Part shown: positions 12,880-26,039 of the stretch, one piece after another | Position numbering within the stretch: position 1 is the first letter of the stretch | How the letters are laid out: each line of letters begins with the position of its first letter | NCBI RefSeq assembly: GCF_022539665.2 | Contig: NC_081333.1 | Location: forward strand, 6,448,001-6,512,000 | Source: Daphnia carinata | Lineage: Eukaryota | Direction of reading: 5' to 3' | DNA length: 64,000 nt | Position numbers and translations under genes: made by a program | Notes under the pieces: generated by a model | What the model was told of the DNA's origin: nothing | What the model saw: only the letters and a program-made list of their open reading frames with translations | Database searches by the model: none

Positions 12880-15140
12880 CATGGTTCTCGTTGGCTTATG
12901 TTAGAGTATCAATACAAATATCATAACGAAATACAATATTTTTGTAGTCTGCTTTACGAATCAACACCCTACAAGTATTAACAGATGCTTTTTAGTTATA
13001 AGTATCAGCGTTGTCTTAATAGAATACGAAATAGAATAGATTTTTGTACATATTTTTAATATATGTATATCAAATGTAGAAGAAATAGCAATTTACCATT
13101 GCTAAAAATATATTTATCGTAAGCATCTTAACATATGTATTTAAAATTTGAAAAAAAATATTGAGAAATTAAAATATAAAAAAAAATTCTGAAAGGTGGA
13201 TTTGAAGTCCTGTACTTCGTAACAGAAACGCTGAATTGATCTACAACGCTAACTCATCACAATCTGTATGTGTCATGCAATGACTCCAACGTTTGTTGCC
13301 GAGTATCGATACAAATTTCAGACAAAACTGTAATATAACGTTATCTGCTTCTTTTCACTATGCTTAAAAGAATACTATTTAGCTATGAAAATCAGTTTTA
13401 TCTATAAATTGATTTTTCTAAAACTCTTAGATTTTGTTAATACCGTACATACCTCAGTTAATAGTGAATAAGAATTCCTAAATTGCTGTTACTCAGGTAG
13501 GTTTAAAATATGAAATTTTAGCAGATTGTTACAAAAAATGCCTCAAACAGATTCACTCTCATGAAATACAAATGCAATGCAAAGTATAATAATACTGTTA
13601 CCGAGTATCAATAGAAATTGCAGTATACAAATCGAAACTGGTCGGCGTCGGTTTTACCTAAGACTAATCAGTATGTAGCAAAGCTATTGTTTCAGTATTC
13701 TTCTTTCATTTAAAATTTTAATTCTTTGAATTCTTAAAGTTACACTATACAATTAATAACAAAAAATGATTAAGAAATTACTGATAGCGCGTAAAAAACA
13801 CATCGTAATAATAAATATAAAAATATTGGAGGATTCGAACTCCGTTACTTTGAATCATAAAGACTGCACAACATCAACAACGATATGCTTATTTAACTCG
13901 TGATTGAATCACACAGGAAACAATAAGTACCTTTTGAATTTTAAATTGTGAATCACCTCTTCCTATTTATTTACCCCGCAATAACGGGGCCTCTACTGCC
14001 CCGTGCTCAGATCCCCTGGAAATTTTGGAAGAGTAAAAGAAACCGTAGTGAGCTGCTTCCTCTTTCCAAAGTTGTTATTAAATTTCAATATATTCCTGGT
14101 ACATCTGTGCCATCGAACAATTGTTTTCTAGTGCTCCAGCATTGATATCGAAAAGTAGAAACCGTTTAAATCCTGATAATGCTAATATACTTTTATTTTG
14201 TTAACGAAAATACCTAGAAATGTATAGATTTTGGTTTAATTCATGTGTTCATTATTATTGTTCCCTTATTAATATGTTGTGCATTGAAGTAAATGCACTT
14301 GCTGCCATAAACTTCTAATTTCTGTGTGTTAGGTTTTATGGCAATCAAAATCTATATATTATAGAATCTGTGTACTGTCAAATCAGTGTTTTCCAGAACT
14401 GTAAGGTAACCAATAAAAAAATAATCAACTCCGGACTCAGTTCCTTTTTATTTGGTAATGTATCTTAAGCCACTGCACCAGTTCTGTGTGAAATATCGAC
14501 CAAATAAGTTCATAATTTCATTAATTGTTATCGGATAGTATCGATACAAATTGCAGACGAATATCTAATTTTGTCGTCCTCTGCTCTATTTTAGGACGCT
14601 GCGGTATACACTTCTTATTATTTCTATACGGGATGCTGCCATCAAATTTATCAGTTCTTTGATAGTTTTAATATATTACTATAAAATAAATACAGGACAA
14701 ATGCCACCGCTAAGACTATCCTTTTGCACAAGCATTTATGCAATCTTTCGGCCACTTCCAAAAAATGGGAAAAAAATAAATAACAACGACTGGATATGAA
14801 CCTAAGCCCTTGGTGTCATGAGCCTCGCATTATACCTTTGCTACAGCTTAGTGTAAAATCTTGTACTTGTATCAAATCTAAATGTATTGTTGTTCAATAG
14901 TATCGATACAAATCAAAAACGTAAATTTAATATTTCAGTCACCTGCTTGCATTTCAAAGCGTAAAACAGTTTGTTTTCCAACACATGAAAGTGGAGGAAA
15001 AACATAAATCCGTACCTGGGTTGGAACTCCGTACCTGGAAATATTTTATCACACTCGCCGTTAATAACCACTTCGATACGACACATGTTGGTTTAGAAGA
15101 TTCTTGCCGGCATAAGATTATTGTTAACAATCGATTAATG
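12880..15140 (-). repeat. Diverged tandem array (~300-400-bp period) of tRNA-like Pol III units
   Basis: Marker AGTATCRATASAAAT at 12905, 13302, 13604, 14537, 14899; for the last four a tRNA-like segment with A-box/B-box remnants lies ~107-112 bp to the left on the minus strand (the one near 13495 is very degenerate), followed by T-runs. Confidence 0.55.
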
Positions 15141-15879
15141 TTAATTTTCGATGTAAACCGGACAAACTATTCATTTGCGCAGTACTATTTTTGGCCGGTA
15201 GATGGAGGTTCTTAGATATTTCGATAATCGTATCGTTTTCTAAAAATGGGCGTATACAATTTGTATCTAACAGAACCAAGTAATCGCGAACACTAACCGA
15301 CGCGGAAATGGCCTCAGTCGGTCGCAAGTCCTCTTGAGATATACCTCCGCATCATGTACAGTACCATTGTACGAGGGTAACCGTCTTCGTGCACCTCTCG
15401 AACGGATTTTTTTGGGTATACATTAAAGAGCCGCTGACTCTTCCTCGCCTCGTACGCATTGCCCTTGATCTGTCACCGGGCCTTCTGCATCTGCTGGTTC
15501 TGGTTTCGTTTTCTATTATCAGGGTTTCCTCGGGTTTTCCGGGGCTAGGGTCTTGTAAAATCTCTGCTTTAGGTAACCAATCAACTGTGCAACGTTCAAC
15601 TACTTCTTCAAGGTCATGAAGAGTCTCACAGCTCAAGAAGGCAGGAACCCAGAGACTGACAAAATCGCCTCCTATTTGGCTCTGCTCTTCTGAGCTGTTT
15701 TGAATACGTCCTCGTTTGTTTTTCTGACTGGAGATGGTTGAGGAATTAGGATCAGGTAGGGGGGAGTAAAATTTTCGGAAATAAAATAGGTGGATTGTCA
15801 ATTTCTTGTGGAGGGAGTTCATTAAGCCAGCTAAAATTCTGTGTATTAAAAAATGTCGAGAATTCCCTCTCAACTCACC

Positions 15880-16800
15880 ACATGTGCAAGGCAGCGGCTA
15901 CAAACCAGTACGGACTACCTGATCACCTGCAAATTGAAAGAGGTGATTCTGGAGACAGAATGTCCGAATTGTGTCATCAACTCACCTTTGGACGACATCC
16001 CGCGTCTGCTGACGGCTCTTTAATACATAACCTCATAATGATAGTGTGGGACAACTTGCTAAAGGAGTCCCAAAGTGCCAAACAAAGCAAGAGGAGGAAG
16101 CCTTGACCATATTGTAACAAACAATGAACCCAAAAAATCTTTCGAATATGTGATTTCAACAAATAATTAGACATCGTATTGTAAAATGTCAGTGTCCGGT
16201 TCTTCAAACCAGCAATGAACTTTACAAATTTCCACCCAATATTGGGAATGGATCGTGTAGTGGCTTCTTGGGTTCTGTTGAACAATTCGAAAAAAGAAGT
16301 GAAGTTCAGCAATAAAAACCAGACTATCTCGAAGTCGTGTTCCGCTACGAAATAGATGCGGTGGCTCAAACGTAGTATAGCCGATATGTTGCTATAGAAA
16401 TGTCGTATGAACTAAGAAATAATTAAAGAAGAATACGAGCACTTCAATGCCGAATTCGGGAAACAGCCCATAAAAACTTCTTAACCACAGCAGAGTGTAA
16501 TGATTGGCTAGCCGCCAGTTACCTGAATCAGCCTAATTACACCAAACACCAACCAGCAAGTAAAGATGTCGCTGTACTATAGTGTCCTCCTCGCGAAGTT
16601 ACCTTTTCAACCACCATCACGGACTGCGGAACCCAGCCAAAAATAGGAAACTTAACCATTAGTGTGGAACGGCAGAAACTGCCGAAATATATGGAGCGCT
16701 ACTGGTACTCCGAATTCGTCAACTTCAACGGACTCACCAACAGCGAGAAAAATGGAACATAGAACCCCATAATTGCCGTCAGGGGCATGAAGCTAATCAT
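15880..16800 (+). pseudogene. Putative env-like glycoprotein relic of an LTR retroelement
   Basis: Cys-containing read-through translation: LTFGRHPASADGSLIHNLIMIVW, RICDFNK*LD, HPILGMDRV, CPPREVTFSTTITDCGTQPKIGNLTIS, YWYSEFVNFNG..NGT; N-glycosylation sequons; resembles Daphnia LTR-element env-like proteins from memory only, not searched. Confidence 0.45.
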
Positions 16801-18830
16801 GCCCCTGATGATGATGAGAGGCAACTGGCAGCTGTAAAGTGTCAGTCGTGCGATTCCGTAATAAACCGAGAGTTTTCGTGAGAGGTGCGGTATCTGCCAC
16901 ACCGTCGATAGTTGCTTGTTCAATGAGGGAGGGGCCGTTGCATGCCCGTGACTGTAGAAATAACGATGTTGCTGCAAATATGGAACGAGCTTCTGAATAG
17001 TAGTGGAAGGCTTCTGGTGTAGTTTCACAATCCGAAATTAGATTGTCCACGTAGATGTTAGATTAATGTCAATACTGACGAGAGTTGAATAACCTTGAAG
17101 ATGTTTCTTAATGGCCGAATTAAGGACGAATGGACTGCTACTAGCTCAAATCGGAATTACTTGATTCGGTAAATGTCAAAGTCGGATTCAAAATCCTTGC
17201 CGTCGGTGAGCCAAAGAAGTGAACGAAGTGACGATCAGCTTCATAAGTTGTACCTTGTCAAAGGCTTTTTCGATGTCTGAAGAAAGACCAGTACGATGGA
17301 TACGAAAGATAAGAAGCATATTGAGCATGTCATTCTGAAGAAGCGACCCAACCAGGAGTCAATCGTTGAGATTCACACCAGATCGCGTTTTGCAGGAACA
17401 ATCATGCACGATGCGGATAGGAGTAGATTTGGAACCCTTCTGAATAGCAAAATGTGGGATGTAGTGGCAACCTTGTGGTGTTTGCTGAATCCGGGGCACT
17501 TTTTTCAGTAAAGCCAGAAGCAAGTGGATTGGGGATGATGTCACTGTAGAGCTTAAGCATCTCTTTCATTAACAGACTGTAAACGGTGTGAGGAGTTCGT
17601 CGCTTACAGATTAAATAATTAGAAGGCAGCTATGGATGGGTAATTTTCCATAGCAATCGGGCTGTGTACTGATTGTCTAGAAAGAAGATGGAATTGGATT
17701 AATACGTTGCCGTTGAATCAGCCTTTTCATGCTCGGGACTCTATGAGGATGTAACGATGTCTCGAGGTGGGCCAAAAGCAAGATATCCGATGAAACTGTT
17801 GACGGCTGTAGGATATTTGCCACGAATGTTCTCTCCACCAACAATAAACCAGTCAGAATCGGGTAGTCCCTTGAAACCAGAAAGAAAGATTAGGACTTCG
17901 GTAAAGTGGTCCGGTTTGATACAGTCGAAGCATTTTGACTAAACGAGCAGTTATTAAGGTGAGCTGTGAGCCCTGTAAGCTAGACTAAAAAGTCATTGGA
18001 AGGAGGTGTTGTGCCAAGAGCTTTGAGGCCTCGAATGAGAGGTTCAAGTTGACTCACAAACGAATGTAGACTTCATCGAGTTGCAGTTGCAGTAGGCAGA
18101 TTGATAAGTGCTTTATTGTGAACGGTCACGGCCTCTTTGATTGACTATGTTCACGAAGTAGATCATTCGGCTTGATGTAATTTTCGTTAGAAGCATTGAG
18201 ACCTAGAAGGAAGTCTTTGGCTTCTCTTTCGAGCTTGGAGACGAGAAAATTGAATTTATTAGCTCCATCGTAGTTTTTAGCGTCCATTTCCGCCTAGTAC
18301 GCGTCCCAAAAGCTAGTCAAGAGAAGAATGTTTTCTTTTGAAGATGGGCAATTACAATTTTGAAAGAGCACTAGCTGAAAGAGCAGGTGTGTGAACGACA
18401 GCAGCGTTTGCAGTGTCTTCAGCAATTAGAAGTGTGTCGAGTTGAAACGTAAAATCATCTATAGCACCCCGAACAACTTCGTTGTGTTAGTCAGCGTTAT
18501 TCATCGTCTTTTGCAAACTTGCAGCATCAGTTTCGTCGAAGATGCTATTATCAAATCCTTCAATTGTCAATCCTCGCTTCAAGCTCAGGTAATTTTCGTG
18601 TTAGCTCGTGGATCATTTGTAATCTAGTTAGTGTAACATTTGCCAGGATATCAGTGATCCTGTTCACCAAACGTGTAGATGTGTGATTCTCTAGCAATAC
18701 AATCCGGATGGAAAATGATTAAGAGGATCTGATATCCTGGTTATGGCACCAAAATGTCGAGAATTATGCGACTCTATCTTGTATTTCAACCAATGTATTT
18801 GGGATACATACAAGTACAGTTTTGATTAGA
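16800..18830 (-). mobile_element. BEL/Pao retrotransposon relic (LTR remnant, PBS, gag, RT)
   Basis: Minus strand: LTR 3' end ...CTCGACA (to 18755) then TTTTGGTGCC PBS; gag FWDAY..KFNFL; HYIPHFAI..STPIRIVHDCS..NLND; SSDIEKAF; SSPFVLN; IYVDNLI. Confidence 0.8.
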
Positions 18831-18879
18831 TCTTAGTTTAACAGGGGCGTATTCAAGGTCACGTCTGTGGTGACTGTTC

Positions 18880-20310
18880 TCCTTGAACTGCGAGAGAAGA
18901 CTTTTGTTATGAAAAAGGGAAAAGAGCAAGAAAAAAGGAGTAGGGGTGCTACGTTGTGGCACGGAAAAATTGGGGCTGAATTTATTTCCGACAGTTTCCC
19001 AGCGTGGGATGATATATATGGGAATGGTTTTTCCCGTTCTGCTTTTGCCATCCCTATCTTTTGCATTATAATTTTTGCCACTGCCGTGACTGGGGATATC
19101 CGTTCTAATGGTTCAAAGACTTCTAACCCCAGACTGACTAATTTCCTTGTAGTGGTCGTTTTAATCTTTTGCTCACCTGGCTTCCTCAATTACGTTTTCT
19201 CAATTACGTTTTTTTTGGTATAAAGTGGAACGTGTCTGTTTTAGGATCCCAAGTAATTCTCTTTTCGTTATCTGCTCTGCTTTGTCTGCCATTGTTATGG
19301 CTTTGTTTTGGAACTGTAAAGGCCTTGAACCTTAACTCTTTCCCGTTGGTCATCAACTTTCTTAGTTCCATTTTCAATTATTATTATAACTTCTGAGATT
19401 GATCTATTAATTTGATTGCCCGCGGTACGTTGTTTGTTTCCCTCACCCCAATCAACACGAAGGTGTTTCCTTAGTTGTATTCTTAGCTCTGAGTAGCTAT
19501 TTTTATGTTCCTCTAGACACTTTAGAATTATTGTTAATAAGATTAATGGGCTGCTAAATTGGCCAAAAGGTATTTTTCCCATCTGTTCTATTATCTCTAT
19601 AGGTTCTTGTCTGGGGTATTTTATCCAGGGGAACCTAGCAAATTCTCATGTTCTTTTTGAATTCTTATCTGAAATAAAACTTGCGCTATATCCGCTGTCC
19701 ATATTATTTTTGTTTTGCCTGAATCTTAGCAAGACTGCTAAAAGTTCAGGGTTAAGACTGGGGCCACCTTCTAGTACATCGTTAAGACGTGGTTTATTTT
19801 GCTGATAGCTTGACCAGTTGAGGACCGACCGTATTTTAGTTGTAGTGGCTTCCAATGTATCCATGTTATTTATACCTCTTGAAAGTGTCACAATATGTAT
19901 TCTGCCTTTTTCCTTTATTTTTTTTCAACAAACCTGCAAGTCTGATTAGAGCAGTGTTTTTGTTGGGTTCCATTGTTCTTCTGTAGTTTTTGAACTGAAA
20001 TAATATTTCGTAGCTACCGTCCTTGTCTTATGTTATTGTATCCTGATGTGTTTAAAAAACCTGGGTCTTCCAGTTCTGGGGTGGAACGACGGTTAAATCG
20101 AATTCTGTTCTATCATTCTTCATTCAAATATATTTCATCTGCTATTGTTTCTTCCTGTGTTTTCAATTGATTAATCAGAGATTAATTAAAGCTTACTTGT
20201 GATGTGGCCTTTGCTAAGAACTTAATTGCTGTTTCTTTAAGTTCGAGTTCATATTCTTCTTCTGGTTGTAACGAAATGATTTTACCTTATCGTTTTTTGA
20301 TTAGTCAGAC
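18880..20310 (-). pseudogene. Second BEL/Pao pol relic
   Basis: TTTKIRSV, LNDVLEGGPSLNPELLAVLLRFR, KIPFGQFSSP, VFEPLERISPVTAVAKIIMQK; collinear with the intact BEL ORF at 40314. Confidence 0.75.
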
Positions 20311-20368
20311 CTAATTGTGTTTATTAGATCTTCTTTTTCCATTTCTTCTGCTGTAATCGCTATGGTTA

Positions 20369-20640
20369 CCCACACAGCATACTGCTGTCTTTTCGACGAC
20401 CATTTTTTTCGGCCTCATTGGACCGCTAGAACGAACATAAGCTGCGCCGTACCCACACAGCACACTGCTGTCCTTTGGACTACCATTTTTGGTCCGCACT
20501 GGACCACTAGCACGTACTTTAGCCGCACCGAAATTCTTGAATGACGTGTTTTGGCTGCCGTCTGCACATCTAGATGTCCTGCAGAAACGGAGCCCATGTA
20601 CGTCTTTTACTAGTCGTCCATAAACAAGTTTAGGTGCTGA
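20369..20640. mobile_element. Two nested CCC-type DNA transposon termini (EnSpm/CMC-like)
   Basis: TA|CCCACACAGCAYACTGCTGTC at 20369 and 20452, followed by subterminal GACC/GGTC repeats; adjacent to DUF4806-type genes; partner termini not found. Confidence 0.45.
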
Positions 20641-20805
20641 AATGTACCACTTTTAGACCACTTTACTACTTTCTGTGGTGACGCTTAATAATATATATAA
20701 TTTTAGAAATAAATATACATCATCCAAGCAGGTAATTTGTGATTGACTTCATTTTTTATTGCACATACATTGTATACAGATTTTATGATACATAATCACA
20801 ATAAT

Positions 20806-22956
20806 TTATTCTTCGTGGTCTTCGTTGTCATCTTTGCGCGATGCTGCATGTCTCAGCCAATTTTTGATTTTTGTTTCGATGGTGTCCTCCGTTAAAGATA
20901 TCTTGCGTTGGCTGCGAATGGACTCTAATAAAAAAGTACACAAGTTAGAGAAAAAGTCATCGTTATTATATTTGCAAAAATGATAATTACTTTGCTTACC
21001 TATAATAGCACCACATAGGTTCAAGTTTTTGAACGAGCGTTTTTCTCCATTTAATCCTTTATAACAATAATGGGTAGCCAGCTCGTTGGTCATTGCTCTA
21101 GTGAGTATTCGCCCAATGACATTTGATGGGCTACCTCCAATTCCATTGAAGTATGATATCTAAGAAAAAAGAAAAACTTTAAAAAATTACTAAAATTCTA
21201 ACTGAAAAAAAAAATTCTTACCAGTTTTGCACGTTCAACGTTATCCTCCAGCGTACGTTTTAATCTTGCCATCTGCTCGAAGTTTTTAAGCTTGAAGCCG
21301 AAGTGTCACATGACATCCACTGCTTCGGGCTCTGGAGGGCTAGTTTGTTTCAGCAACGCATCAAGCAGCTGGCCGTGCTCAAGCTGGGTGGCTTTCAGAA
21401 TCTCTTGGTTCCTGAGAACCAAATCTAGCTTTCGCAGCAGTGATGAAGAAAGTTGTTGTTCTGCTGATGTATAAAAATTTTCAATTACATCATCTTATTT
21501 ACGGTTAAAGCTGTTTTACCTGAAGGAGAAGTCGGGCTGGGACTTTGGTAAGCCCCTTGGTTCGCTACGTTGATCATCCTACGCCTTAGTCCAGGAGTTC
21601 AGCACGTCGGCGATACAGTAATGGGGGCTGAGTGGACTGGATTTGCAGGCAGCATGGACACCTCCGTGTCTGGGTCCCTGGATAGGCTATTCCTCATCAA
21701 TCCTGATTTAGATACTGTCTGACGGCCATTATCGACCATGTTGCTAATGTTACCTCCTCCATTGGTGGCTTTTGGAATGGCAAATGAATGAAACTTTCAC
21801 AAGTTCAAATTACTTTCTGTAAAAATAAAGAACCATGTACCTGAATTCAAAGTAGGGATGCGTCGATAGTTTTCCTTCGACGTTTTGCCTTTTGTGGGAA
21901 TAAGGTTTGCCATGCCTAGGTCTTCCGGTACAGGTGGAAGCACAATATTGCTTACCTCTGCACAAAAAAAATTGAAAATTAATAAAGTTCATCAGAATTG
22001 TAACCATATTTGCTACATTCTGTTACGAGCAACCCTATATCCTATCATGTACCCCCATCTAGTGTCCTAATTCCACCTCCCCTTGATAGATGGCAGACCG
22101 AAAGGTAGGAGACAGGTCGTCTGCTGTCAATCATGTAAGGCAGAGTTACCTCGCCGTCTACCAAGTGGTCCTAAGAAGGAGCTCCGCGTCTTGCTGGCTT
22201 CCCTTCGCGTAACCCTTAAGTGAAGTGTACTGTATCTACGTGTGTCGTGTAAAATATACCGGTCTCGGCTATTCATTGGATTATTTCCCTCCATATCCCG
22301 GATTATCTGCCCCATCTTACCAGCTGCTCACGGTCTGGGCTCGTCGCCGGCAACATCCGCAACAATTCATAAAAATTACCTACAACTGCGGAATTCTTCT
22401 TGCTACACCAACGAGAAATGCTGCGGCCTTCATTTGTGCTGGTAGTAGGCTGAGCGTTTTCTTCGTCAGAAGATTCTGGCATTGCCTCGCTATCCGTCCA
22501 TTCAACTATCACTTCGTCCTGGTCTACTGGTGATGGAGTAGGGGCTTTTCGCAGTAAAGCTAACGAGGCTGAGTAAGCGGCTTTGAGAGTTCTCCTCCGC
22601 TTCCTTGTGTGACGTCCGAGGTCTTCTACATCAGTGCTGCTATGGATGGGCAAACTTTGAATAGCTTTACTTATATTTAGGTTAGCTTCACCATACGCAT
22701 CTGAAAATAATAGGTAACAAATTATTTGAGCACTTAATATATTCTAGTTGTACTTACTATAGGAAGCAAGAACTTTGCAAGCATATATGGTCCATGTAGT
22801 TTCATCAACATCAGCTACACGCATGACAAGCTTTGTGAAATCTTCTGCGCTCTTCTTGGGAGGCCACCAACAATGCTTTAATCCACAAAACCAATCTCTG
22901 GGCACAATTTCAATTGCCCCTTTGTCTTCGTCAAGAAATTCAACCACGCAAAACAT
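20806..22956 (-). CDS. Multi-exon DUF4806-type transposon accessory gene, copy 1 (intactness not verified)
   Basis: N-term MFCVVEF..IEIVPRDWF..CWWPP..W..Y..KVL; SSTDVEDLGR..RKRR; C-term AMTNELATHYCYKG..EKRSFKNLNLC..IKNWLRHA; ~60-nt GT-AG introns. Confidence 0.7.
22021..22364. mobile_element. Solo LTR in an intron of the DUF4806-type gene
   Basis: TGTTACG...CGCAACA termini; 4-bp TSD ATTC at 22017-22020 and 22365-22368; absent from the paralogous copy 2. Confidence 0.8.
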
Positions 22957-23251
22957 CTGTCGAAAAAGAAAATTAATAACTTATTCTTTAGTTTTTAATA
23001 CTTGCATTACTTTTGGAATTTTGGCGTCGGCTGTTTGATCACAAGTCTAGTGTAAAAGACACTAACATCAAAATAATATCTTGCTCGACAAAGTATACTA
23101 TGATCATTTTTAAACCACTTTGTTTCACTAGCCTTAATAATATCATTAAAAAATGAATACATAATACAAGCAATGTAATTCTTGATTTACTTCTTTATTA
23201 TGACAGACTTATAGCGTACACGTTTTCTAGTAATTAACAAGTAATTACAGT

Positions 23252-24851
23252 TTATTCTTTTTCTTCTTCAGTATCCTTCTTGTGCAATGACGCATGTCTA
23301 AGCAAATTCGTGATTTTGGTCTGAATGGTATCCTTCGATACGGATATCTTGCGTTGGCTACAAATTGACTCTAATAAAAAAGTACGTGAATTATAGAGAA
23401 AATTATCAATAGCAAAAATAATAATAATTTTTCTTCGTTGAATCCTTTAAAACAATAATTAGTAGCCAGCTCATTTATCATTACTCTAGTGAGTTCTACT
23501 CTAGTCATTAGCTAGTGAACGACGTTTCATAGGCTACCTCCAATTCGATTGAAGTATAAGATCCAAGAAAACAGAAAAAAATGAAGATTTCTATAATTCT
23601 TACAGTCAAATACTTACAAGTTTTGCACATTGAACATCATCCTGGATGTGTTCTAACCTTGCCATTTACTCAAAAATTTTTAGCTCGAAGCAAAATGACG
23701 CATGGCATCTACTGCTTCAGGCTCTGGAGGACTAGTCTGTTTAAGCAAGACATCAAGCAGCTGCCCCTGCTCACGCTTTATGGCTTTGATGATTTCTTTA
23801 TTTCTGAGCACCAAGTCTCGTTTTCGCATCAGCGCTGATAAAAGTTGTTGTTTTGCTGTATAAAATTTTTAAAATTACATAATCTTATTTGCGATGAACG
23901 CTATCTTACCTGATGAAGAACTTGGAGTGGGACTTTGGTAAGATCTTGGCTTCTCCGTGTCATCATCCTACGCCTTAGTCCAGGAGTTGAACACTTCGGC
24001 GATACACTGATGGGAACTGAATAGACTGGATTTGAAGCCAGCATCGCCACCTCTGTGTCTGCGCCCCCGGATAGGCTATAAGACATTAATCCTGGTGTAG
24101 CTAATGATTGGCGGCCATCATCAACCATGTTACTGCGGTGACGTCTTCCGTTGGTTTGTTTTCGCATGGCAAATTAATGAAACATTAACAAGTTGAAATC
24201 GCTTTTTGTTAATAGAAAGTCTCATACCTGAACTCGGAGTTAGGATACGTCGATCGTTTTTCGTCGAAGTTTTGCCCTTTGTGGAAATAAGGTTTGCGAA
24301 TCCTAGCTCTGTCGGTATTGGAAGGGCAATATTCTTTTTCCCTGCATCAAGATAAATTTTAAAATTAATAAAATTTATTACAACTGTTACCACATCCGTC
24401 CATTCCAAGAGCACATCGTCCTGCTCTACTAGAGACGAAGTAGCGATTTTTTGCAATTAAATGCTGACGAGGCCGAGGCAGCTTTTAAAGTTGCCCTGCG
24501 CTTCCTTTTGTACCTTCCGAGGCCTTCAACATCAGTGCTGCTACGGATGGGTAAACCTTGAATAGCTTTAGATATATTCAGGTTTGCTTTCCCATACTTA
24601 TTTGAAAAAAAGATAATTAGGAGCATTCACTATATCATAGTAAAAACTTGCTATAGGAAGCAAGGGCTTTGCAAACGTATATGGTCCACCTAGTTTCATC
24701 CTCATCAGCTGTCCTCATGACAAACTTTGTGAAATTCTTCTGCGCTTTTCTTGGGTGGTCACCAACAAGGCCTGAAACCACAAAACCATGCTCTAGGTAC
24801 AATATCATTTGTCCATTTGTCTTCGTCGATAAACTCGACAACGCAATATAT
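23252..24851 (-). pseudogene. DUF4806-type gene, diverged tandem copy 2
   Basis: Collinear with copy 1 (e.g. ATCATCCTACGCCTTAGTCCAGGAGTT in both); start codon position reads ATA; frameshifts. Confidence 0.75.
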
Positions 24852-24999
24852 CTGTCGAAAAAGAATACCTACATTACCTTTGGAATTAAAAGAAAACTAA
24901 CTAGTTTTTCTTTGATTAACGTTTTTTCACTTCTTTGCTCTATCGTGCCTAACACATCTGTTATTATTTTCCTTTGCCACTGTGCAATAGGCTAAATGT

Positions 25000-25790
25000 T
25001 TGTAAGCTGTTCGATACTGTTTGAATGTAGTTTACATTCGCATCTATTGTTACGTTCTACCTTGTGGTCTACGGGGATTGAGTTCAGTTTGTGTTCGGGA
25101 AGTTTTGGTTCTTTTGTCTTGATATATAGCTGGACTATGGTCCATACTACTTCATTTTCGGCACGCTATACATGACATACATAGCGCATGTCATCTGCTC
25201 GTTGAGGTTTGCCTAGGCATTTTAAACATCTGTTTCCTCTTTCACATATAGCTCGTCTTGCTTTTGGAGTGCTTGTCGTACATGCACAATGTATGCCATT
25301 TTGTTGGCAGAAGCAATAAAGCATCAGTCTCCAGGTTCTTCCTTGTGTCTCCTGCCCGACTAATGGTGTGTTCTGGGTACGTTGTTGTATCTTATTCATT
25401 TCTCTTAGTTGGATTTCCTTATCCAGTTCTTTGAGAATTACTTCAAGATTTAGTTAGTTCCCATCTAACCATTTTTCTCTCCACCACTTTGATGTGGGTG
25501 GTTCTGATTATGCCTTTAAGATGTTTAGTGCTATGTATGTCCCATAGCCACCCATATCTAGTTTCAGGCTTGTAAGCACTAAAGTTTGTATTATTTAATC
25601 CATTATTGATCTTCTGAAGTTGTTCAGTTGCAGTTGTATCGCATAATTTTACTCATGAGTTGTTTTAATTCCGTCATAAAGTGGTTTTAAATTAAAAAAA
25701 CTCCGAATCTTTGTTCTAGTTTATAGTTTATTAATAGCGATGCTGTTCATTTTGCTTAGCTTTGTTTATGCATCTTTCGTTGTTAGCTAT
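25000..25790 (-). pseudogene. BEL/Pao gag relic, probably the 5' part of the 18880-20310 element
   Basis: Zn-knuckle-like YCFCQQ..H..C..RRAICERGNRCLKCL..YVCHV; same strand and correct order relative to the pol relic. Confidence 0.55.
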
Positions 25791-26039
25791 GTCTGCGTCG
25801 GACAGACAGATGGTTTATAATAATTTTTTACCAATTAGTTTTCGATCACCCAAAATTTCTACTCTTGTGAATAGGGGAGAGCGGACCCCAAACTGGACAA
25901 AAAAGGTTTTTGCCTGTATATCAGAAAATAAATGAAATTTAGTGATTTGAAAGGTAAGATACTGTGTAAATTAAATACATTCGTTCACAATTTTTTCGTT
26001 CAAATTGGTTGAGTAGTTTAGGCGTTGGGCCTGGAAAAA

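Noticed and set aside
13195..15080. Functional tRNA genes
   Set aside because: Acceptor and anticodon stems do not pair; kept only as tRNA-like repeats
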